Source: the human T2T-CHM13v2.0 reference genome, Homo sapiens. Taken from it: a stretch of DNA of 64,000 bases. A model generated the notes under the pieces. The model did not search any database and was not told the origin of the DNA. It worked only from the letters and a program-made list of their open reading frames with translations. A program made the position numbers and the translations under genes. How positions within the stretch are numbered: position 1 is the first letter of the stretch; the number at the start of each line of letters is the position of its first letter. Below, in pieces: positions 28,351 to 45,866 of this stretch. The DNA lies in NCBI RefSeq assembly GCF_009914755.1, contig NC_060942.1, one strand, 5' to 3'.

Positions 28351-30819
28351 GTCTGCGTTTTTTCTTTCTCTGGCTAATAAAAAATATCCATCAACAATTT
28401 AATATTCCATTGTGTAACTTCACAGAGAGTCCACTTAATCACTGATTGTTTAATTTTTCTCATCCGTGAATTCAAGGACCTCAAAGGGATGCTCAGAAAA
28501 ATAAAAAATCAGTGAATGAAAGCTTGATCCAAAATAAAATGTCAAAAATGCCCTGCACTCTCTAGAACTTGACATACATATTATGAGTAATACACATGAA
28601 AGAACTTTGTGAACTTAAGGAGTTTGCTTAGAGAAGAAATAAGGCAGCAGATATGGAAAGAGTTCTCTCCTTAGAGTTCAAACTCCTGGACTAAACTTAG
28701 GCTGTGCCCTCCACAAGGTATGGCCTTGGCCAGCCTAGGGGAATCTCTGAATCTCAGCTCCTCTTCAGTGACTCGGGGATAACTAGATTTCAGGGCCTAA
28801 CATACGATATTAAGGTAAGAGAACGTGACATATGGTGCTCAGTGAATGTCAGTTCTCCAACCCCTGATTTGGGCCAATATTTTATCCAGCAATAAATACT
28901 ATGCAAAGTGTATTTGCAAATGCAAAAATTATAATATCATCAGAAATTTTTATGACCTTGAAAATTCATTAAATGAATAGAAAAGACATGTAGTGGTTTC
29001 CAATGACACTATGACTAAATTTAAAATGAGCATGATCTCACAGAACTATCATTCCTATTAATCAGCAGATTCTATTCAAAATATGTATGTTTATGGAATC
29101 ATTTATTAAGCAAATTCAGCACGCACTGAACCAAAGAGTCTTGATTAAACTAGGAAATAAAAGAAAGTCGCCGTGAGAAAGTGGCATTTCAGATGAGCTC
29201 TGAATGGAATCAGCCACGCAGAGTGAGAGAAGATGTGTTCTACTGCATGTGCAAAGGCCCTGAATCAAGAAAAAGCTTGACAAAGTCCAAAGCCTAGAAG
29301 AATCCCAATGTAGCCAAACAGTATACAGCAGCAGAAGGAAACCAAATGAGGTTGTAGAGGTACCTCAAGTCCATATTAAGGAGAACAGAAGTTATTCTAG
29401 GCACTATGAGAAAAACATTGAAGCTGGGAGAAAGCATGCTCTGTTTGACTTTCTTATTTAAAAAATCACTCTGGTTGCTGTGAAATATGGATTCAACAGG
29501 GAAGAAGTCAAAGTGCAGAAAGTACTTAGGAGGCTACTAGAGTAGACCAGGCAAGAAATGATGGTGTCTTGAACTCAACTGGTGAAAGCAGATGTGGAGA
29601 GCACAACTCACAATTATCATGTGAGATGGTAACACAAATGATAAGGTCAAAGTGTCCGGAACTGGTTTAATCATCTAGGTGCATGGCAGTGTCATTTCCT
29701 ATATGCAGAAGCCTAGGGAAGGTATACATTAAGGAGACAGAAGAAAATCAAATATAACATACAGATGGCTCTACAAACTGACTCTGAGATGCACAGATCA
29801 TACTGGAGCAATATATACGTGAGCTGTCATCTTGGAAACAAGAGATGACTTAAGAAGATAATGTACCAGAGAATAAAAGTAGACATGTACTGGATGCCTA
29901 CTATGTGTTAGAAATGGGCTGAGTGCATGGCAAGTGTTATGTTAATGAATTCTCCCAACAACCCTATTTCTATCCATTTTACAGTGAGAAAACAAGGTCA
30001 TATTGCTAATAACCAGATGATAACAACTCAGTCTGATTCCAGATTGAGGCACTGCACCAAACTGCCTCTCAATAGAAGAGAAAAAGAAAGCCCAGGTAAG
30101 ATCCCCAACATTTCCTCTTCCAACAAAAGAGAGGCAGAAAGAACACTAGGAGAGGAAACTGTGTTGTGCAGAATCTAGAAGCACAGAGTTTCCATTTTTT
30201 TAAAAAGAACATTTTCTCTAAAGTTGCTGGGAAGAATGGGAGTTATAGGTAATCTTAGCACAACTAGTTTCATTGGAATAAATGGTGACAGAAGTCAGAC
30301 TGAAAAGGGTTAAAGAGTAAATCAGAATTCTGCTTCCAAAAGTATGACAATACACCCAAGGCCTCTCACACTACAAAACAACCAATGTTCAACATTAAAA
30401 AAAAAAAAAATTCTCCAAAAGTATAAATGCAAGAAATAAGGAAATCTTGAAAGCACCAAAAAATAAAACAAAACTTGAGTTTTCAATACTGAAAGGTAGG
30501 CACAAGAAGCAGGGATGCTCTGAGAGCAAATGCCAGTATCAGCACTGTGATAAGAAGACTAGGACTCCCAGAGTAGGAAAGAGACTATGAAGCAAAAGCA
30601 ATTCCTCTCTGGAGAAAGTATTCTCACTTTAGACTCCCAGATTTTCATAGATTCAATACCCACCAGATGTGAATTCATAAGCATCTCACAAAAGCAAAAC
30701 AAAGAAGCTTAAGTGAGGGTTAGTAGAAATAACAAGACTACCTCAAGCCCATGGAATTTAAGCATTGGATTTGTTAGAAAATATCTATAAAATTGCATAG
30801 TCTATTTTACAATTATTAA

Positions 30820-31535
<716 letters not shown>

Positions 31536-32487
31536 ATAATACAAAAACTGTCATAAATACAAGAAGAACTTAAAGACAGAATCACAAAAATGAACAAGAA
31601 ATAAGAAAGTATTTAAAAATTAGTAGGCATAATTTAGAGAGAACCAAATGGAACTTTTAGAAATGAAAAAGTAAGCAATGAAATAAAAAAAATTAATCAT
31701 TGCATTAGATAACACGTTAGAGAAACCTGAAGGGAGAATTTGTAAACTGGAAGATGGGTCTAAAGAAATTACCCAGAATGCAGCAGATACAAGGGGACTG
31801 AAAATATGAGAGAAAAGTTAAGAGAATGAAGGACAGAAAAGAAGGTCAAGCACACATGTAATCGGAATCCCCAAAGAAGAGAACAGAATGAATAAAGGAG
31901 TCAGAATATTTAAGGAAATAAAAGCTGATAATTTTTCTGAATTGGAGGGAGACATGAAGCCACAGATGCATGAAGAACAATGTAGACCAAATAGAATTTT
32001 AAAATTCACAAATAGATACATTACAGTAAAACTGCTAAATGCCAAAAAACAGTCAGGGAAAAGGGTAGATCTACTAGAAAAGAATGGCAATCAGAAAGAT
32101 ACTGAACTTCTTATGAGCCACAGGGAAATTCAGAAAACAGTAGAATAAAACCATCAGAATACTAAGAAAAATAAAATGCCACTCTGCATATTTAAAACAT
32201 AGCAACATGGAATAACTGAAAACAAAAAATTAAAAAACAGATATATAGACAAATACTACACAAAAGGGAAGTGCAATAATTATACCAATATCAGACAAAA
32301 CAGAGTTTAAGATAAAAGGGCAGAAAGAGAATAGCCACATACAAACTGAATAAAGGGTTTAATTAACCAGGAAAATATAGTAATTCTTAAAATGAATGCA
32401 TGTAATAATATAATTTCAATATGTATAAAGTCAAAATAGAAATACAGGGAAAAATTTATAAATTCATCATCATAGCAAATTATTTCA

Positions 32488-32833
<346 letters not shown>

Positions 32834-34429
32834 TTAATTTCTGGACACATATAGATCCCTGAATTCATAGAGTACACATTCTTCTGAAGCACACAATGGA
32901 ACTTTTAAAACTGATTCACAAAATTGGCAACAAAGCAAGCCTCAACAAATATCAAAGAACTGTTGCCATACAGAATAGTTCTCTGACAACAATTAAATTG
33001 TAATAGAGGTCAATAATAAAAAGATAAGTAATACATTCATTTGTAAAATTTTGAAGGCACCAAAAAATATTGCAAGTATCAAAGAAGAAATCATACTGTA
33101 AATATTAAAATACTTATAAGATGATGAAAATGTAATAAATTAAAACCTATGTAATACAGTCACCACAGTCATCAGAGGGTATTATATTGCCTTAAATTCT
33201 TATATTATAAAAAGAAATTATGATAAATTAGTGCACTAAGTAGTCAACTCTATTTAGAAAAAAAAAAAAACAGAATAATAAGCCTAAGTACATAGAAAGC
33301 AGGAAATAACAAAGATTAAAAATTAATGAAGTAGAAAACACACAAGAAAAATAATCCACAAAGCCAAAAGTTGGTTTGAAAAGAGTAATAAATAAGAAAA
33401 ACTTCAAATTAGCTTGATCATGAAAAAAAGAAGGAATACATAAATAAAGTTATGAATGAAAAATGAAAATTATGGAGTCAGCAGAGATTAAAAAGCTAAG
33501 AGAATACCTTTGTATAACTTTATGGTAATAAATTTTAAAATGTAAATGAAATAGAGAGAAAACTGACATATATTACATATATATGTATACAACACACACA
33601 TCTATACACACACACATCCATATAAGTTTATATATATATTTAATTGTTAAAGTATCTGCAGAAAAAGTAAAGCTCTCACTCTCAATATTATTATATTTAA
33701 AAATTATATCAGTGGCTTAAAATCTTCTTATACTAGGACCAATTTTACAGATAAGTTTGACCTAATTTCAAAGAACAGATTGTTTCATCCTTATTTAAGA
33801 CTATTCCAGAGAATACAGAGTGAGAACACTTCCTTATTCTAACTTTGTAGACAAAACTAGACTTAGAAAGTAGGAGGAAAAAAATATTATATGCCAATCT
33901 TACTTGTAAGCATAGATGTAAAAATACTGAAGAAAATATTTGAAATTGAGTCCAGGACAATATTTTTAAAAGAGTAATGAAGCTACATCATTAATTTCAT
34001 CCACAAAATGCAAAGGTGGCTTACCACAGGAAAATATACGGATGTCACTCACGACATTAACAGATTAAAGGAAATAAAGAAGTCATCATTTAATTTTATG
34101 TAGAAAAAGTATTTGATAAAATTCAATACCTGTTCATGATAAAAACTCTTCATGAAATATGAATAGAATGAAACTTTCTTAATCAAGTATCTATCAACAT
34201 CAACATCACTATTCATGGTGAAAATCAGGAATAAGACAAGATAATCAGTATTGCCATTCCTATTTAACAGTGTACTTAAGGTCATATATAGCACAGTAAA
34301 GACAAAAAAAAAAAAGGCCAAGTATTGGGGTTTGAAAGGAAAAAACAATAAAATTGTCTTGAGTCACACATGATGTGACAGATCTACAGAAAAAACTCTA
34401 AGGAAAACACAAAGACATTTTTAGAACTA

Positions 34430-34655
<226 letters not shown>

Positions 34656-35553
34656 AATTTTAAAAAAGACTTTCTATATACAAGTAACAAATAATTTGAA
34701 TAATTAAAAAAATATACTGGTAATAATAGAAACAGAAAAATAAGGTACTGAAGAATAAATCATCAGAAAATGTAAAACTTCATGGAGAAAATTATAAAAC
34801 TATAATTACGAAATTACAGCTAAAAAATTATAAAGAATTGTTTTGAGATATCAGACACCTAAAACAATGGAGATATAAATGAGTAGAGATAATCATTAAA
34901 TGCATAATAATTCTCCCAAAATTGATCTTTAGTTTCCATGCAACTTCAATAAAAATGCCTCAAAGGGTTCTCAAAGACCTTGACAAGCTGAATTTTAAAT
35001 TCACGTAGAAGAACTCAGGCTCCACAATAGCCCAAAGTCAAATGTGTACATATGGGACACGAAAAGTGGGGAGGAAGGGCTTTACCTAACAAACAACAAA
35101 ATACAGTTATAACATTTATTATAATGTGATACCGAGGCAAGGTAGCCAAACTAACCAAGTAGAATAAAAGGCCCAGAAGGAAAGACCCCACAAATACAGG
35201 AACTAAAAATATCACAGAAATAGTATTGTGAATGACTGGAGAAAGGATGGACTTTTCAGTACGTGTGAATGGATTTCCACACAAAATCAATCCCAACTGC
35301 ATGGAAAACTTAAATGTGATAGGCAAAATTATCAAATCCTTTTCAGAGGAAACATACAAGAGAATATATGTACAACCTTGGGGTAAGAAGGCTTTTCCAA
35401 CCCTTCAAAATAATTACGTGACTATCTTAAATTTAAGGACTTTATCAAGAGCTACCATAGAGAGAGTAAAAGTCACAAAATAAGAGAAGGTATTTGCAGC
35501 ATGTATGACTAATAATTATCATCCAAAAATATATCAAGAACACCTAGAAATCA

Positions 35554-35998
<445 letters not shown>

Positions 35999-37865
35999 GA
36001 CTATAATGGGATACATTTTCTATTTTATACCAGTAGACTGCACCAATAGTAATCCTTTATGCTACAGGTGGGAGTGCAGATCAGTAAGAATCTTTAAAAA
36101 ACAACTGGACACTATCCTGCCATGCTGGACTTTCATGTAACTCTACAAACCAACAATTCTACTCATAGATATCCACTCATATACCCCACAGAGAAAGTCT
36201 TACACATGTGCATCAAGAGAAACATACAAGAAAGTTTGTAGTTCCAAAAAAGAGGAACACAAAGGTTCATCAACTGGAACATGCATAAATAAACTACAAC
36301 CTATTCATCAGCAGAGAAAATTAACATACACCACATGCAACAACATGGACAATAACATACCAAGTGAAAAAGCAAGTAGCACAAAACAATCTATCAGTTT
36401 TATAATCCTCCAAAACAAGCAAAACCAAACAACATACAGTATTGTTTAGGGATACATATGCCAGTCACAATACTACTTTAAAAAGGGCATGAGAATGTTT
36501 CTCTCTGGCAGGAAAGATAGGGGAAGGTGGACAGGGAACAAACCCACAGGCCGGCCAATGGATCTGACATTGCTCCAGTACTTATGTTGGTGGTGGGTTC
36601 ATAGATGTTCACTCCATTATTAAGCTTCACAACTTACATTTGTTACACAGATTATTCTGTAGGTATCAAGTATTATAAGATAAAATATGTTTTCTAATAT
36701 TTGCTTGGGGTTAAATTTTGAAGCATGCAGTAGCAGCCTGTGTAGAAAACACTTAACAAAAGTCTTGCTAGGAAGGAAGTCAAGAAAGAGGCTATGGCCA
36801 GAGGGGAATGTGAATGAGAGGTAGAGGGTGTTTTTTTTTTTGTTATTATATGTTTTGTTTTTAATTATGAAATAATTCAAGCATAAAGAAAACACACATC
36901 ATAATTCAGCCTCCAACCCATCCCCAGCTCTGTCAATCTTAATATTCTATCATATTTTCTTTTCAAAAAAAAAAAAAAAGCATTGTAGATGCTGTTGAAA
37001 CTCTCTGTGTCCCTCCCAAAAGAAAGGTAATTAATTATAGTTCATTTCGTTTTAACTAAGAGTTACTAAAGCATCCCTGGATGCTGAGAGGTACTCTCTA
37101 GGAGGCAGAAACAGGACCAAGCACTGCCCACTTATCTCCACACTATGCTACCAATTCACCCGCAGTGGGCATGTGCTTTCAGGAGTTTTTTGCTTGGTAT
37201 AGACAGTTCTATGTTCGTCTTGTTTCAGCACCCTCGTTTGAAGGACACAAAGAGCTCTAGGGTCATAGAACCAACTCTCACTAACTGACACAGATATCAG
37301 GATCCAACCCATGCCCACAGTATTACCCCAAGTCTCTAACTAGCTGGTGTAACCAATAATGGAAAGAAAAAAAGTAATATTCTGTTCTTCAACTTCAACA
37401 GAGAATAATAGTGAAAGAATGGTGATATTTTTCCTAAAATGGACTAACAAGTATCCTGAGTTGGGAGGTGACTTCCAATAGTAAACAATAAAATAACTGA
37501 GAAAATGGAGTGAGGAGGGAGGGGAGAGAGAGAGGTGGTCAACAGAAGAGAGCCAAATGGAATGTTAGCCAGGATTTGTAAAAAGGGGAAGCTTCATTTT
37601 GTTCCTAATCAGGAGTTACCAGGTAATTTCCTCCCTGTGACAAAATGCAATCTAACAATACTGCTGCAATCCCAGATAGAATACCACATAAATTAAACCA
37701 CTCTCCTAAAGTCCACCAACAAAGACATTCAGTAACTTCTGTGGCTGTGCTACCTGATACCTGACCACAGGCAGGAGAAGTGAATTCAATTCAACAGGTC
37801 TAACTAAACCATCATAATGTTTACTGCTCATAAGAACATAGGCTATAAAAAGCCTAAACAGGGCT

Positions 37866-38317
<452 letters not shown>

Positions 38318-39410
38318 TCATAATTACTGTCGGAATGTATAAAGTATGGTAGATTTTCAAGTATTAGAAAGTTATAGGAAGTTTCACCAAAAAAAAAAAA
38401 AAAACAAGTAGCCACTATGAATGCTCCCCAATGACCTAAAGGTACAGATTTCAAATAAAGTCTACAAAGTTAATTCTCCAACTTTACCACCCACACTGTA
38501 GAACCAGCAACCCTGTCTCTCACCTAAACTTCTGCAAAAACTTCACAACTGGTGTGGGCCACCCACAGTGACTCCCCTTTGGGTCCATGTCCCAGACACA
38601 AATCTGATTAGCAGCACACTGTCAAGGCTCCCTGTGGCTCAGTCTTGCGGGATCTGACACCTACCAACCCCCACCAGCCACAGCGGCTGGAATCATGCCC
38701 TACCTGTCAGCCAAGCAACCTCCATCCACTTAACTCCTCCTCATCTGTAAGACCACAGTTCACCTGGGCTGATCTCTGAGCCCTTCCTGACTGCTCCCCT
38801 TGATCAGATATCCCTATTGCAAACTCTTCTCAGGCCACACACCTCTCAAATGTAGTACTTGACCTTCTTTGGCTGATTATCCATTAATGTCTGTGTCCTC
38901 CATGTAGGCAACATCAGAAACATGCCTGTCTTGCTCATCATTTTATATAGAGCTGCCAAAGTATTACCTGACACATGGTAGATGCTCAATAATCATCTAC
39001 TTAATTTTAAAAGAATATTTTACTGTGTATCAATTTAAACACAAATATTAACATAATTCAAGTGTGGGGATAAAAAAGATAAGCATGTATATCTAGTGTC
39101 CTAGAAGTAAATGAGTACCATCTACACATCCAAAATTTTAATTTCTGCTCAAAAAGGACGAATGGAACTTAATTCTCATTGCCTCCCAGACAACCTCTGA
39201 CACTAAATTTCAGAGTACATTCCTAACACTACACTTCAAGGGCCAATTTCCATAAGCATTCAAATCCATTCGCCTTCCTTTATATTCACATAGAACATGT
39301 ACACATATACAGAGATTTTAGGATTTCCGTTTCAGTTAGAAATGTGAAGTCTGTACTTGGTTATATTTGAAAAGTGTCCTTTGAAAAAGTATACTTGCAT
39401 ATTTCAACAT

Positions 39411-39779
<369 letters not shown>

Positions 39780-41885
39780 TAACAACTGCAACATAATGTC
39801 CCAGTGCTGAAGTTGAAATTTGTTGTTCTTTGTAGCACCATAATTTCTAGCACTATAACTTGTATCTTGGCTCTCAAAAAAAAAAAAACTTTCACTGAAT
39901 GAATGAATGAATGAATGAGTGGACGAATGAATGTGCACATAAGTAAATTAAAGGTAATAATTCCTAATAACTCTATCGTTACTCCAGTGAAACACACTCA
40001 CACTGAAAAAATAATAAGAACATGGCATGCATTCATCCACTTCCACTTTTCTGAAGCTTTCAACCTTCTTTAAACAATCAAGCCTTAAACAATTATGGAC
40101 TATCTCTCATCTTATCCCAATTCTACCAAAATTACTAAGGATTAAAGTGTAGAATTCCCTTACAAGTGGGACACTACAAATATACACCCCATATAAAAGA
40201 GAAATTGTTCAAAATGAGCCAGAAAAAGAATAATAAGATGTTAATAAAATCAGGGGAAAATTAGATGTCAGAAGAAAATTAATCTTGCAGTTAGAAGTAA
40301 CTAGATTGAAGAATCACAGTGGCCATAAGAGAACAGAAAAGCATTCAATGGTTTGGGGCACTAGTGGACAATAATGTCCAAGAGGGCACATAACAAAGAA
40401 CAATTATTCAAACAAGCATTAAAACTGACATCGTTTAATATTTCTTTTCAAACTTACAAATTGGGTTATGTATGAAATTGGATATTCAACCTGGAAATAT
40501 TATTACCACCTGCTGACCAAAGCTTTGAGTTTCAGGTTGTAGGGTTGCAAAATATTTCCAATATAAATCCTTTACTTTTTGAAAAGTGAAGAAAAAGGTT
40601 GAGGAATTCATAGGTTCTTAACTGAAATCTTTTACATGAGTCTAGAATATCCTCTTTGTCATAAATTTTTTTTTTTACTCTATACCAAGCACAGTCATTC
40701 ATTAATAAATTCTTCCTAAGCCAATATCAACCATCATTTGAATTTTTGGCTTCACTATGGAAATTGGACACACATGCTAAGTTAAGATACTTGCAGGTCA
40801 CAGAGAGAAAGACACTTTAATCTGAACAATATTTGGGGGAAGGGATGGTATACACATACACACACACGTGTATTTTTCTATTTGTGATGTACTTCTGGTC
40901 AGTTTCATTAAAAGGTATATCTGGCCACTTCACAATGTTTTTACAAATATTACATTAGTTTTTGCTAAGATCACGGTATCTCCGGAAAAGTTTTAAACGC
41001 ATTTCTCAATATATAATATGGCAAAGATAACTATCACATTTCCATTCCAGCTTTTGACCAAACAATGTGACACTGGTCATGGTGATGCCAGTGATGATAA
41101 TAAAAATTATAATGATGAATTTTTGCAATCTTAAAATGTTTTAAATACAGCAGTATTCCTTTTTAAAAAATGTGAAAACCCCTCTTGAATTGTACTGGTG
41201 AGTTTCGATTTTGTTTAGTTTTGAGGTGCAGCCTTTAAGATTCTACCACTTCCTCAATATGAAACAGCTACTTACCAGCAAACATTGCAAAAGAACCTAG
41301 ATTTCCAGAATTTGGCTACATGAACAATTTTCTCCAAAGCAGCTTCATTTGGCTCAAGAAAGTTTCCACTGCTGAGTGATATTATAGGAAGAATTTTGGG
41401 AAGTAGGGACACAAAATCTTCAATTTCCATCCCGACACTACCATTAAAAACATATACTTTTGGATGGAACTGGATTATAATCGGTAACACCCCCGAGTGA
41501 AACGCAAACTCAGTCAAGAAAATAAACGGCAACCAAGACAGGGGTTTTTGCCTGGAAATCATCCCATGTGTCTAGACCAGAGTTGACTCCACTTTAGAGC
41601 CAAGAAACTTCTCTTTCTGGGAGCTCTCTTTAATCTACCCTTTCCAGTTTCTTTCATCTGTGCTTGGTTCACAGTGATCCTGATATGCACGCTCAGTCTC
41701 ACTACCTACTTGTCAAAATTCTACCATTCCTTCAAGGATTAGAATTGAGTTTTCCATGAACCCTTCATTATTAATTTCCCCATGAAAGAAATAAGTTTTC
41801 ATTTCTCTAAACTCCCACATTATTGTGTCTTCCCAATGCTAGATGTTAATCACATTTTTACTTTTCTATTTTCTCCTGTTAGAAG

Positions 41886-42058
41886 AAGCTTGTCCAACCT
41901 ACAGCCTAACACAAACTCGTGAACTTTCTTAAAACATGAGGTTTTTTTGCAAAAGTTTTTCAGCTCATCAACTATCGTTAGTGTATTTTATGTGTGGCCC
42001 AAGATGATTCTTCTTCTTCCAGTGTAGCCCAGGGAAGCCAAAATATTGGACACCCCTG
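41886..42058. mobile_element. MER30-like hAT-Charlie element
   Basis: agcttgtccaacc...gctcatca.ctatcgttagtgt...cccagggaagccaaaa.attggacacccctg. Confidence 0.8.
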
Positions 42059-42157
42059 TGTTAGAATATATGCCCTCTGAGAGAAGGTTCTCTCTTCCAT
42101 AAAGCCCTCTATGTCCTCTAATTGCTAACATGGAGATATGAGAATAGCAGGTACTAA

Positions 42158-42378
42158 ATATATATATATATTATATATACATTTATATATTTATATATGT
42201 ATATATACATTTATATATTTATATATACATTTATATATTTATATATGTATATATACATTTATATATTTATATATGTATATATACATTTATATATTTATAT
42301 ATGTATATATACGTTTATATATTTATATATGTATATACATATTTATACATATATGTGTATATATACATATATATATAT
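42158..42378. repeat. (TA)n-derived AT-rich minisatellite with ~20/28-bp units (atatatacatttatatattt)
   Basis: Seen directly. Confidence 0.93.
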
Positions 42379-45300
42379 GATGATCCATCAATCAGAATTA
42401 GACTAGATAGATGAAAAGCTGACTAGCTAGATGCAAACAACATCCCATCTCCATTCCCAACATATTAAAACCCAAGGGGACAAACTGAAGCTATGCTACC
42501 AGTCTCCAGATATAAATATAAATAAAGATACTTTTCTAACCATAATCATTATCAATTTTTACTCATCTTAAGTGAATATAAAAGCAATTACTGACAAGGT
42601 ATGCCAATTTGCATGTTTTTCATGGCTTGCTCCTCAGCATTTTACACACTGTATGAAAACTGGATTGTCCAGAGTTTCAATAACCTGCATAGATGCTAGG
42701 TCTTTTTGCACTTTACCAGTCCTGTAAACACCCCATACTTAAGTCTTCACATGGGAAATTTGAGATTAAAAACCTTCCATTTGGATGCCTTGCAATTCAG
42801 CTAAGTACCCCCCAAAAGAATGTTTAAATGAATGGAAGATTAAAGCAAAGCAGAACATTCTAAGGGGTATCCTGTAATGGGGCTTTGTCACCACCTTCTC
42901 TGTTTTTATTGAGCAAGTGGTCTTTTCCCAAGGAGCAGAAAGTTTATATGCCAACCATCAGTCCAGTTTAACTATTTGAAGTTTAAAATGTCAGAGAAAA
43001 AAGTTTGTAATGGAAATGCTGACAGGCCATGAAGTAAAAAGGCACCAGCAGGTGCTGCTGTAACCCAGGGTCATAATTCAATCAAGCTGGATTTTGACGT
43101 CATCCGTTACAGAAAAAAGCCAAATGGTTTATGAACAGCACCAGATCCCCCAAGATTAAATTACAGCCCTGATATTTAATCATGGGTCTTACTTTGTTAT
43201 TTTTAATAACACAATACATTTTAACAGTTATTTGTCAACTGCCTTGGCCAAATTAGAACACGTGATGACAAGTGGGCTGGATTACAACGTCCATCTTTCA
43301 CAATCTCAATTTTTAATAATTTTTTCAGAAATGGTAGATTATACACATTTTTCCCTTCTTAAGAAATATACAGTTGGTACCATCGAATTGAGTCCAAGCC
43401 TTAATTAAAAGCAGCATGAGGTCTTTGACCAGAGGGTCAGGACATGTGTATTTGTGTCCTATTACAGCCAATAACCAACTGCATGATTTGGGCAAAAGAC
43501 TTTTAACCCTCCCGAACCTTGGCTCCTTACCTAAAAAATAGAGCATCTCTAAAGTCTCTTATAAATGTAAATTTCCATAAATTATTTACTTGAAAAACAA
43601 TATTGTGTCATTACTTTGGGATTCCCTGAGGATTTGAATGCAAACTTTTTATAGCAGAAAAGTTGACGGATTTTGTATTTCAGCTAAAATTACTTGGATC
43701 AAAGAGACATTCTGGCACATGAGAATTTATAAACTAACATTTTTAGAGGCAATGTCAGCATCAGCAAGTGAAACAGGTTCTTTAAAAAGTAACGTACAAA
43801 TACGGCTGCACAAATACTGCCGCACATGTGAAGGGGTGTTTGCAAAACAAATCAATAAAGGCACATCCAACAATGGATTGCAGTTAATAAACTACATATA
43901 GTAATTACCACCAATGCCAGTCCAGAAAGTCATTCATTAAATGTTAATTGTCACACAAAAGTACAAAAGCACCCATTTGAACAATCAATCGTGTGGCTGC
44001 ACCTTTAAATAAAATACTTTCTTACAGCCCTGAAATTCACCCACATAAACTGATTTTAAACACACCTGGGTATTTGATATGCTGATTAACTGGGCCTTTA
44101 TCTTTGAAATGAAAGTAAACATGACAACCTTTTCAACATTTTCACTATTCCTGCAAGTCTAATATAAATATATATATATATATTTACCTATATATAACTT
44201 ATAACAAAGTGTTAATCTTCTCCAAAGATTAAATTATTATTTCTCTTATATCTCTCTCCTAAGTATTAAGAGAGATATGGGTCAAAAGTATCCACATAAA
44301 ACCCATGTGCATACCTTATTCCTAGTCAATTGGCTCACGAATGTACAAAATGGGTAGCTCACATATAAGCTAATAAACCTGGTGGTCAGTTGTGAAAATT
44401 TTACCCAGAGTAATAAGAAACCAGTAACAAAAATAACCTTTTAAAAAATCTGTAATGTATTTTACATTTTCTAATACTTAGCACTATCTAATTAACTTGG
44501 AAGAACAAACACCTGGCCATAAAAAATAGCTCATAAAATACAAAAAAAAAATAATAAAGAAAGGGCAGATTTTTCTGTTCCTACTTAGCTTCATTTTCAT
44601 GCTATGTCTGTATAAAATCTGACTTATTCAACTTACATATAGATTCTAAAGGTTTGGCCAAGAACATTTTGGTTTAAGACTTGTAAACTGAAGAACATTT
44701 CAAAACACACCATGTTCCTTATTAGGCAACTTAAGATCTGTTATCTTGGCTTATGGGAACAGATCTAAATAGCATCATAATACTAAACGTTGAAAATCAC
44801 AGGCCTGGGGCCACCAGGACTCAACTCTATGACTTGGACGAGGTTGCAAACTTCCAATATAAAATGTAGTTTACCATTAGGAGTAAATGTTTGATCTTTA
44901 AAGCTTACAAAATTACTTTGTTTATCATAGCAGATGAAAGCAAAAAGGAATAATTTTAAGCTCAAAACAAAACTGTTTATATGACAGTCTTTACTGCTCC
45001 ATGATTCTAAGCATTTAAGACAGATTCGAGCAATTAACAGCATAAACTTTCATTACATAGTTCTATTATATATGTTTATGTGACTTGGCTGTTCATCTGT
45101 TATTTAAGTGATTTCCTCATTACAATAGTAGGGTAAGGATAATTTGCTGATGCTGTCAAAAATGTTAAGCATTTCAGTTTCAACAGTTCTTGGATCCCCA
45201 CGCTTGTTTAATGCATTTTATTTACTTAAGTCAGTGTCAAATAGAGTACTGCTTCTGCCTTCTGAATTTAGAAAATGTAACATTTTAAGCACATGTCTGG

Positions 45301-45827
45301 TAACAGACATATCAAACCTTCAAAACTGCTTATTTTAGTGATGCAGATAGAATTGAGGGTATTGTTCTTGAATATTAAGTTTCAAAGATCTAACAACGAA
45401 CTGCAAAACTTTTTTATATTTAAAGACAGGAGATCCTTATTTTTTTACATATTAATACATCAGGCTTGGTTACCTCAAATTCTGAATTGATTAGCTACAT
45501 AAAAACATGTTTTCATTGGCATCCATGTAGACTATCAACTTACAACAGAATGAAAGCACAACTTTTAAAATATCTACTGTATTTTCTTAGTAAAACTAAT
45601 AAAGATATGAGAAAGACATATTTAGTCACATTGATATCTGTCATAAATTGGAAGGGTAGTTTATTTGGATACAAAGGCGGGAAAAATAATGGATATGGTT
45701 GACATCATTACAACATTAGACACATTTTTAAAAATGCTATCTACCCTAAAGATCACAGATAGCATTTCGTGCGAAGCCTCAATATCACACTGTTTGCCTA
45801 TATAATCTTGCAAAAATGAGCTGTCTG

Positions 45828-45828
<1 letters not shown>

Positions 45829-45863
<35 letters not shown>
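45829..45863. repeat. (TG)n microsatellite
   Basis: Seen directly. Confidence 0.95.

Positions 45864-45866
<3 letters not shown>

Noticed and set aside
42138-42406. Tyr/Ile-rich ORFs
   Set aside because: Artefact of the TA minisatellite.
43041-43058. CTCF-like GCACCAGCAGGTGCTG
   Set aside because: Several core mismatches; an E-box explains it equally well.
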